Positions 7,715-14,232 of a stretch of 14,232 nt of DNA are shown one piece after another. Numbering within the stretch: the stretch's first letter is position 1; each line of letters starts with the position of its first letter. Where the stretch lies: the NCBI GenBank assembly GCA_049699855.1, contig JBNAWM010000032.1, forward strand, positions 1 through 14,232, in the 5' to 3' direction. This stretch comes from Candidatus Cryosericum sp. GTDB taxonomy: Bacteria > Caldisericota > Caldisericia > Cryosericales > Cryosericaceae. The notes beneath the pieces are model-generated. The model saw only the letters and a program-made list of their open reading frames with translations. It was not told where the DNA came from and did no database searches. Made by a program: the position numbers and the translations under genes.

Positions 7715-8182
7715 ATGCGCCTGTCCAGAAATGCCGAACAGCTTGTAACCGGTTTTCTCACCGATTTCTTCAAGGCACTGGATGATAACCCCGAAATTCA
7801 GATGGCGTACACGGACGGCGACCCCTACATCAACATCACCGGGCTCACTGGCACCGGCACGTTTCTCGCCAAGGACCAGATGAGCCTGTCCGCCCTCCAG
7901 CACATCGTCAACGTCGTCGCTCACAGGGACCGCGAAAGCGTGCCCGGCATCATCACCATCGATGTCGACGGCTACGTCATGCGCCAGCGCGAGATGCTCA
8001 AGCGCATAGCCATCGACGCGGCATTGCGCGTCAAGCGCGAGAAGCAGGCTGTCGTTCTGCAGCCCATGAGCGCGAAGGCCAGACGCATCATCCACGTCAC
8101 GCTCAAGGACTATCCGGGCATCACGACGCACAGCGAGGGCCGTGACCCTCAGCGCCGCGTCATCGTAGAACTGACCAGGTAA
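7715..8182 (+). CDS. jag: Jag/KhpB/EloR-like RNA-binding protein (KH-like plus R3H domains), short form
   Basis: Start at ATG 7715 after AGAGGAG gives 155 aa. Motifs LSALQHIV, IDVDGY..R, R3H region LQPMSAKARRIIH and SEGRDPQRRVIV. Located between yidC and mnmE. Confidence 0.88.
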   Translation: MRLSRNAEQLVTGFLTDFFKALDDNPEIQMAYTDGDPYINITGLTGTGTFLAKDQMSLSALQHIVNVVAHRDRESVPGIITIDVDGYVMRQREMLKRIAIDAALRVKREKQAVVLQPMSAKARRIIHVTLKDYPGITTHSEGRDPQRRVIVELTR

Positions 8183-8194
8183 CAGGGGCGGCTC

Positions 8195-9571
8195 ATGCCG
8201 CAGGATTCCACCACCATTGCCGCTCTTGCCACCATCCGTGGCAGCAGCGGCATTGGCATCATACGGCTCAGCGGACCGCTCTCCTGGGAGATAGCCCGCA
8301 AGCTGGCGCCCGGGCAGCCGCCCCTTGTGGAGCGCATAGCCAACTTGAGGCGCCTGTTTCATCCCAGCTCTGGAGCGCTGCTGGACCAGGGGATCATATT
8401 GCCCATGCGCGGCCCGCGGTCCTACACGGGCGAGGATACCGTCGAGCTGCAGCTACATGGAAGTCCGCTCCTGCTGGATGACGTCCTGCAGGCCTGCTTC
8501 GAGCTCGGTGCCCGGCCCGCCCAACCCGGAGAGTTCACGTTCAGGGCACTGCTGGCGGGCAAGTTGACCCTCCTGCAGGCAGAGGCGGTGCGCGACCTCA
8601 TCGACGCTGGATCCGGACTCGAACTGACCTTGGCGAGACACGCACTGTTCCATGATGCATCCCTCCCCTTCAGGAACATTCTGGACACGGTGACACGGGC
8701 AGCGGCATATCTGGAGGCCCCCATCGACTTTCCCGATCAGTTTACCGACGAGGACGAGGCAGAGGGGATGGAGACAGCAAGACAGCTTGCCCTCCAGGCA
8801 CGCCACGACATCGCTCCCCTGCTGGCAGACGCAGCGGCGAGTGCCCAGCTCCGACAGGGCATCACCGTCGTCATCGCCGGCTCGCCGAACGTGGGCAAGT
8901 CGTCCCTCATGAACGCGCTCCTGCACTATCCGCGCGTCATTGTGTCCGAACTGCCCGGAACCACCCGCGACACCGTCAGCGAGGCAATTGTCATGAACGG
9001 CCGCCGCGTCACGCTGGTCGATACCGCAGGCATCGGCCCCGCGCCGCAGGACGCCCTCGACGGCATGGCAGGCGAGCGAGCGCGCAGCGCACTGGAGCAG
9101 GCAGACATTATTCTGCTGGTCCTGGACGCCACCACAGGGATCAGGCCGCACGAACGGGAACTGCTGGCGCGCCTGTCTCATGTGCCGCACCTGGTTGCCG
9201 TCAACAAGGTCGATGCCGGGCCCATTCCGGATGATATCAACCGTGCCACTCCAGATGAACCCCTCTTTGGCATCTCCGCTACCGAGGGTACCGAGCTCGC
9301 GCGCCTTACCGGAGCTCTCGCCCTGCTTGTCGAACAAGTCTCCGGCGTATCCCTCTCCCGGCAGCTGGTGAACGAGCGCCAGGCAGGCGAGCTGGCAACA
9401 GCCGACACCCACCTGGCCGACTTTGTGGCGGCACCCCCGAGCATGCCGCTGGATGCGTGCGCTGAGATGTTGAGCGAGGCCCGTGAGGCCCTGCAGAGGA
9501 TTCTGGGCGAAGGCGTCTCGCCAGAGGGCCTCTTGGCGACTGTCTTCAGCACCTTCTGTATCGGGAAGTAG
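8195..9571 (+). CDS. mnmE: tRNA modification GTPase MnmE (TrmE)
   Basis: TIAALAT, PRSYTGEDTVE..HG, AQPGEFT.RA, G1 GSPNVGKSS, G2 PGTTRD, G3 DTAG, G4 NKVD and C-terminal FCIGK. Confidence 0.97.
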   Translation: MPQDSTTIAALATIRGSSGIGIIRLSGPLSWEIARKLAPGQPPLVERIANLRRLFHPSSGALLDQGIILPMRGPRSYTGEDTVELQLHGSPLLLDDVLQACFELGARPAQPGEFTFRALLAGKLTLLQAEAVRDLIDAGSGLELTLARHALFHDASLPFRNILDTVTRAAAYLEAPIDFPDQFTDEDEAEGMETARQLALQARHDIAPLLADAAASAQLRQGITVVIAGSPNVGKSSLMNALLHYPRVIVSELPGTTRDTVSEAIVMNGRRVTLVDTAGIGPAPQDALDGMAGERARSALEQADIILLVLDATTGIRPHERELLARLSHVPHLVAVNKVDAGPIPDDINRATPDEPLFGISATEGTELARLTGALALLVEQVSGVSLSRQLVNERQAGELATADTHLADFVAAPPSMPLDACAEMLSEAREALQRILGEGVSPEGLLATVFSTFCIGK

Positions 9572-9577
9572 CCAGCG

Positions 9578-9606
9578 AAAGAGCCCCAGGCACCTGCCTG
9601 GGGCTC
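9578..9606. terminator. Hairpin, probable terminator between the convergent mnmE and PLD genes
   Basis: Perfect 11-bp stem GAGCCCCAGGC (9581-9591) / GCCTGGGGCTC (9596-9606) with a 4-nt loop. A short T tract (TTT) follows on the minus strand only. Confidence 0.75.
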
Positions 9607-9633
9607 GTGTGCATCCTGTGTCGATCCTCCAGA

Positions 9634-10620
9634 CTACGGAGCGATCGAATTTGCCCAGTCGAAGTTGAAGACAGCCCGAGCGTGTGCGATGAGAGCCGGG
9701 TCAGTCACAACGATGCCCACCTCGCGCTGGCCTGTAGCATTGTCGGTCAGGGGTGGATCAGAGTAGTTCTGCGACATGACCAGCATCTGCGTTCCATCCA
9801 CGATCATCATCTTAACGTGATAGTACGGCGTTATGGAGACGCGTACGGTATTGTCGCCAATCAGGTTCTGTGCCGCAGAAGCAGCATCCCGTGAATCGGC
9901 GTTGGTTCCATCCGTAATTGCCTGGATCTTGACACCGCGACGTGCGGCTGCGGCCAGGGCCTGATTGACCATATCGCTCTTGAGGTACTGGGTTGCCACG
10001 ACGATGCTGGTCTTGGCGCCATCGATCAGCGCTTTCACGCGAGCACCGGCGTTGATCGGCGAGACGACAAGGCGGTCACTGGTCAGCTGCTCCAGCGTGA
10101 AGGGCTTTCTCTGCCAGTCAGCCCAGAATATGGCCGTAAGGTCGGCCACGACCTTTGGATCGGTGGTGATGACAGCAAACGCACGGTTCTTCTTGCCGTC
10201 GGCATAGGTGAAGTTGTTGCCGGAAATGTAGGCCGACGCACCATCCACAACGAAGTACTTCGCGTGGGTAATCCGGTAGGCAGGATTGGTACTGCGCACG
10301 GTGACGCCGGCGCGCACCAGGTCCGCAATGACTCCCTTGGAGTCTGTCAAGCTGAGACGCTCGCCAGGGTCCACCATGATTTTCACGGCAACGCCTCGGC
10401 TCGAAGCGTCCGCCAGATAGTCACTGATGCGCGGATCACTGAAGTCATAGATGGTGAAGTAGATAGACTTTGTGGCTGACTCGATCAGACGGCAGGCATC
10501 CATGTTCGCATCGTCCGTGAACGTTACTAGACGATCCACACTCCCGGCATGAGCGGTGCGTGGCAGGATGGTCACACAAACCAGCATTAGAACAACGGCA
10601 ACAATCAAGGTCTTCTTCAT
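9634..10620 (-). CDS. Secreted phospholipase D-superfamily protein with two HKD motifs
   Basis: HAKYFVVD...SGNNF and HVKMMIVD...MSQNYS. Signal peptide MKKTLIVAVVLMLVCVTILPRTAHA-. Start moved to ATG 10620, preceded by TAGGGGGG, 11 nt after the upstream stop. Confidence 0.88.
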   Translation of the reverse strand: MKKTLIVAVVLMLVCVTILPRTAHAGSVDRLVTFTDDANMDACRLIESATKSIYFTIYDFSDPRISDYLADASSRGVAVKIMVDPGERLSLTDSKGVIADLVRAGVTVRSTNPAYRITHAKYFVVDGASAYISGNNFTYADGKKNRAFAVITTDPKVVADLTAIFWADWQRKPFTLEQLTSDRLVVSPINAGARVKALIDGAKTSIVVATQYLKSDMVNQALAAAARRGVKIQAITDGTNADSRDAASAAQNLIGDNTVRVSITPYYHVKMMIVDGTQMLVMSQNYSDPPLTDNATGQREVGIVVTDPALIAHARAVFNFDWANSIAP

Positions 10621-10631
10621 GGCACGCCCCC

Positions 10632-13148
10632 CTATGGCCTGTAGACCAGCGTGACGACACGCGATGCCCCGTCCCAGCTCACATCGCACCCCAGGCTCTC
10701 GCCTACGAACCTGAACGGCAGATAGGTACGTCCGCTTTTGATGATCGGCACCACCTTGGCATTGGAAGCATCAATCGGCACGTTCTTTCCGTTCAACCTG
10801 GCCGTCCCGGAACCAATCCACAGGGAGAGGGTCGTGCTGTTCAAGATGATATCGACCCGCCCCTTGCCGTCCTTGGCATCAAAGCTGATCGAGCCACCGA
10901 TAGCCTCGACAATGGCCCGAATGGGCACAAGCGTCCGTCCATCCTGGATCATCGGTGCCGCATCAAGCTGCTGAGAGACACCGTTCACCGTCATGGTTGG
11001 ACTGTCGATGGTCAAGGTGATGGTCACCGCCCTTGGCGTCGGAGGGGGTGGAGGTGGTGTGAGACCGCTTCCGAAATCGAAGGTCGTGTACACGCCTCCA
11101 TTGGTCAGACCCACATAGACGACGCCATCCCTGCTGAAGGTCGGCGAGATGTCCAAGGCGTTGCCCCAGTACTTGCCACTCACGAGAGGAATACCTGAAC
11201 CAACCGAGCCAAATGCCAGGCCCCTGTTGGTGGTCACGTCAAGCCCGCCGCCCCACGAGACCGCGAGGACTGTTCCATCACCCGCATACCCATCGCTGAT
11301 GCGGAAGGCATCATACCAGACGCCGCTGTTTACCTGCGTCCACGCAACACCCGCATTCGTAGACCGGTAGATGCCGGCAGCAGGGGTACTGGAGGTTCCG
11401 TAATCGGTGCACATGTACAGCGTTTTGTCGTGGACAAAATCAGGCGAGATGCGCAAATCCTTGACAGCATAGCGTGGAAGTCCCGTCCCGGCGAGGTACG
11501 AGAAGGAGTCGCCCCCATCGCTGCTCATGTACAGACGCCCTGAATGCGTTGCTGCAAACAGTGTCCCGTCCGTGGCAAATGCCGGTGACACGGCAATACA
11601 GTCAACAACGGTATCTGTCAGGTCTGGCGCGGCGGCCAACTGGGGCAGCTGATGGAACGTGACAAATCCGTCCCTGGTGCGCCAGATGCCCTGTCCTTCC
11701 ACTGACACGAACGCAGTATGGGAGTTTGCGTACTCTGGGGCAAACGCGATCCAGGGAACTGCGTACCCCCCAAAGTCGCCTGCCGACTTCCAGGAGTCTC
11801 CTCTGTCCGTCGAAACGAACAGCCCTCCCCCATCGGTTCCTGCAACCACAGTCTGATCCGTCGCATACGAGGGCGACAGGGCAACCTGCAGGACGCTGTC
11901 GTCGCCTAACCCGGTGTTGCAGTAAGCAACGGTCTTGCCCCCGTCAAACGTTCGTGCGACTCCCTGATAGGCAGTGCCGAAGAATACCGTCTTGTCGGAG
12001 CCAAACGACGGCGACACCGCAACGCCGTTCACTCTGGCATTGGTGATGCCCGTGCTGCTTTCCACAAGCGTCCTGCCTGCGTCCCTCGACACAAACAGCC
12101 CCATGCGGCTGGTTCCCACGAACAGCGTCCCATCCCTGGCAAACGCGGGGCTGGCCGACAGCGCCGTTATTGCGAATGACTGCGCATAGGACGGCATCTG
12201 TACCGAACGCAGAGAAGCATCACTCGTGTTGACCACCTGCAACCCCCTGCCAGCTGTACCGACAAACAGCTCGTGCGTCGTCGCGTACGCGGGGGAGAAC
12301 TGCACACAGGTGACCGTCCCCTTGTACAGGTTCTTGAAACTCGTGCCACCATCACTTGTCACAAACAGGCCGTCAGAACCAAGCCCGACGGCAAACGTCC
12401 GGTCAGTCGCAAAGACAGGCGAGAATGCAATGGCATTCCCTGTATTTTCACTGACGATCGGCAGTGCCTTCACGGACGTGCCCCCATCGGTCGAGATCCA
12501 GGCGCCGCTGACGTCCGCGGATGTCTCCACCCCAAACAGCACGGTGTGATCCGTTGCAAACGAGGGAGACGGGGCAATCGCCACGACATTCTGATCTTTC
12601 AACTGTGGAACCGCCAGACTCCAGGAGCGGCCGACATCAACGCTCTTCCAGACTCCACTCAGATATTTCCCGGCAAAGACCGTTCCATCATCCTTTATGG
12701 TCGGCGAGCAGACTACGGCCGTGGTATACGCGTCACCTGCCAGCCCCTTGTTCGAGTAGTTAAAACTGGCCCCGCCGTCATCGGATCGATACAATCCATC
12801 CTCGGTGCCAACAAGTATCAGGCGATCGCGCAGATAGTTCGGCGAGTATGCGACCCCAGTGATGCTCTGGCTGTGGTCCTGCAGGCCACTGCGCACAACG
12901 CTGAACGTGGCTCCGAGGTCGCGCGATACAAACAGCCCGTTACTGGTTCCCACGGCAACGCGGCCGTCATCCGCAAAGGAGGGAGCGACAGCAATACTGC
13001 GAATCGACCCCCCGTATGGCCCATTGACCAGGCTGAATTGGTAGGAGGCTGCACTGCTATCGCGCACGGCAATCAGCCCAATGCCTGCAGTACTCAGAAA
13101 CAGGAATGCGCATACCACAACTGCAATCAACCGACCTGTCCGCTTCAT
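10632..13148 (-). CDS. Secreted multi-repeat beta-propeller (Asp-box/BNR-like) protein with a Pro-rich linker and C-terminal copper amine oxidase N-terminal-like ('stalk') domain
   Basis: Signal peptide, then 14 repeats of approximately SPxF/YxxDxTxFxGTxxxGL.xSxDGGxSF/W, linker TPPPPPPTP, and a C-terminal domain with APMIQDGRTLVPIRAIVEAIG and GRTYLPFRFVGESLGCDVSWD. AAAGGAG RBS. Confidence 0.88.
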   Translation of the reverse strand: MKRTGRLIAVVVCAFLFLSTAGIGLIAVRDSSAASYQFSLVNGPYGGSIRSIAVAPSFADDGRVAVGTSNGLFVSRDLGATFSVVRSGLQDHSQSITGVAYSPNYLRDRLILVGTEDGLYRSDDGGASFNYSNKGLAGDAYTTAVVCSPTIKDDGTVFAGKYLSGVWKSVDVGRSWSLAVPQLKDQNVVAIAPSPSFATDHTVLFGVETSADVSGAWISTDGGTSVKALPIVSENTGNAIAFSPVFATDRTFAVGLGSDGLFVTSDGGTSFKNLYKGTVTCVQFSPAYATTHELFVGTAGRGLQVVNTSDASLRSVQMPSYAQSFAITALSASPAFARDGTLFVGTSRMGLFVSRDAGRTLVESSTGITNARVNGVAVSPSFGSDKTVFFGTAYQGVARTFDGGKTVAYCNTGLGDDSVLQVALSPSYATDQTVVAGTDGGGLFVSTDRGDSWKSAGDFGGYAVPWIAFAPEYANSHTAFVSVEGQGIWRTRDGFVTFHQLPQLAAAPDLTDTVVDCIAVSPAFATDGTLFAATHSGRLYMSSDGGDSFSYLAGTGLPRYAVKDLRISPDFVHDKTLYMCTDYGTSSTPAAGIYRSTNAGVAWTQVNSGVWYDAFRISDGYAGDGTVLAVSWGGGLDVTTNRGLAFGSVGSGIPLVSGKYWGNALDISPTFSRDGVVYVGLTNGGVYTTFDFGSGLTPPPPPPTPRAVTITLTIDSPTMTVNGVSQQLDAAPMIQDGRTLVPIRAIVEAIGGSISFDAKDGKGRVDIILNSTTLSLWIGSGTARLNGKNVPIDASNAKVVPIIKSGRTYLPFRFVGESLGCDVSWDGASRVVTLVYRP

Positions 13149-13188
13149 GCCGACTCCTTTGATCTGGTTGTCTCTCTCACAGGATGGG

Positions 13189-13216
13189 CAGGGCGCAGGT
13201 GTGTACCCGCGCCCTG
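13189..13216 (-). other. Intercistronic RNA stem-loop after the solute-binding protein gene
   Basis: Minus strand CAGGGCGCGGGT-ACAC-ACCTGCGCCCTG forms 12 bp including one G-U pair, which pairs only in the minus-strand RNA. No U tract follows. Confidence 0.65.
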
Positions 13217-13242
13217 TGACAACTCCTGCGACTATTCAGCTG

Positions 13243-14232
13243 CTACTTGTGAACGATCGCCTCGACGTCTGCCGCCATCTTCTTGAGACCATCGGCAACA
13301 CTGATCTTGCCGAGGTAGATGTTCTGCAAACCAGTGGAGATCTTGCTGCGCGAATCATTCCACGCTGCCGTCGGAGGTTCAAGCACGGAAGCGCCCAACT
13401 GCTCCAGCCCAGCCTTCTTGTCGGGATTTGCAGCATAGGCAGCCACCAAAACGGGGTCATTCAGCGAGCTCTGGCGAGCTGGCATGTACCCGGTCTGCGC
13501 AGCCCAGACAGCCTGCGTATGAGGCGAGGTGAACCACTTGATGTATGCCCATGCAGCATCCTTCTGGCGCTGTGTGTACTTGGGAGCATTGCCGAACATG
13601 ACGACATTGGTGCCGTACAGCGCAGCTGCAGCTCCTGCAGGTCCAGCAGGCAGAGGCGCCTCGCCCAGTTCGAACTTGCCACCTACAGCCTGCTCGTAAT
13701 ACGTGCGGCCGGCCACAGAGCCAAACGTCATCGCAGCCTTGCCGACGCCCAGATCCGTCTGGTCGCCATAGGCTGTGGTGTAGTGCATGTATTTCTTGGC
13801 GTACAGGTCGGCAAACAATTGTGTCGCGGTCTTGGCTGCATTGCTGTTGCCAAACAGCACGTTGTCGTAGGTGTCGGTCAGCACGCGGCCACCGTACGCG
13901 TACACGAGGCCATACCAGAGATCCACCGAAACGGTGTGCGAAGCACCCCACTGCGTCTGGTTGCCCTTGTCGTCCGTCTTGGTCAGCTTGACACAGTCGT
14001 CGGCAAACTCCTGCCACGTGGTCGGCGGATGCGCGATGCCAGCCGCCTTCAGCATGTCCTTGTTGTAGTACATGACGACGTTCGACTTGTTGAAGGGCAT
14101 CATGTACCGCTTGCCATCTGCCAGCTTGCCTGAATTCCACATGGCCGGGAAGAAGTCCGCGATCTCCGCCTTGGACAGGCCGTTGGACCCGTTGATGTAG
14201 CTGTCAAACGTACTCATGTAGAACCCGGTGGC
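13243..14232 (-). CDS. ABC substrate-binding protein, carbohydrate/UgpB-like (SBP_bac_1 type); N-terminus lies beyond the window
   Basis: Motifs MPFNKSNVVMYYNKDML..AGI..PPTTW.E and AAWAYIKWFTSP..QA.WA..TGYMP. The frame stays open past ATG 14217 to the window end and shows no signal peptide, so the gene is partial. Confidence 0.9.
   Translation of the reverse strand, partial: ATGFYMSTFDSYINGSNGLSKAEIADFFPAMWNSGKLADGKRYMMPFNKSNVVMYYNKDMLKAAGIAHPPTTWQEFADDCVKLTKTDDKGNQTQWGASHTVSVDLWYGLVYAYGGRVLTDTYDNVLFGNSNAAKTATQLFADLYAKKYMHYTTAYGDQTDLGVGKAAMTFGSVAGRTYYEQAVGGKFELGEAPLPAGPAGAAAALYGTNVVMFGNAPKYTQRQKDAAWAYIKWFTSPHTQAVWAAQTGYMPARQSSLNDPVLVAAYAANPDKKAGLEQLGASVLEPPTAAWNDSRSKISTGLQNIYLGKISVADGLKKMAADVEAIVHK

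Noticed and set aside
6657..9412. Long minus-strand ORFs 6657-7712, 7631-8362 and 8453-9412
   Set aside because: Antisense to yidC, jag and mnmE, with no family motifs.
9634..10620. PLD as an anti-phage nuclease or a canonical cardiolipin synthase
   Set aside because: It has a cleavable signal peptide, no Cls-type N-terminal TM pair and no neighbouring defence genes. Substrate remains unassigned.
11064..13030. Repeats considered as a CRISPR array or DNA tandem repeat
   Set aside because: The repeats exist at the protein level only and are diverged at the DNA level.
12273..14133. Plus-strand ORFs 12273-13286 and 13081-14133
   Set aside because: Antisense shadows of the propeller and SBP genes, with unnatural composition.

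Overview
GC-rich bacterial chromosomal window with no mobile element, CRISPR array, rRNA or tRNA that I can see. From left to right: (1) a minus-strand BMP-family nucleoside ABC importer operon (lipoprotein, tandem ATPase, two permeases, the last truncated by the window edge) with a structured leader of about 120 nt; (2) a divergent TPP riboswitch ahead of thiT and a translationally coupled EamA/DMT transporter; (3) the rpmH-rnpA-yidD-yidC-jag-mnmE cluster, here without adjacent dnaA/oriC or mnmG/rsmG; its YidC is an unusual lipoprotein with an Ig-like domain, and its Jag is short with a degenerate KH motif; (4) a convergent minus-strand trio of a UgpB-like solute-binding protein (partial), a secreted 14-repeat double beta-propeller with a C-terminal copper-amine-oxidase-N-like domain, and a secreted two-HKD phospholipase D-family enzyme. 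The trio is the best candidate for an undescribed system, possibly extracellular phosphodiester scavenging. A Caldisericota (Ca. Cryosericum-like) source is plausible but only inferred.
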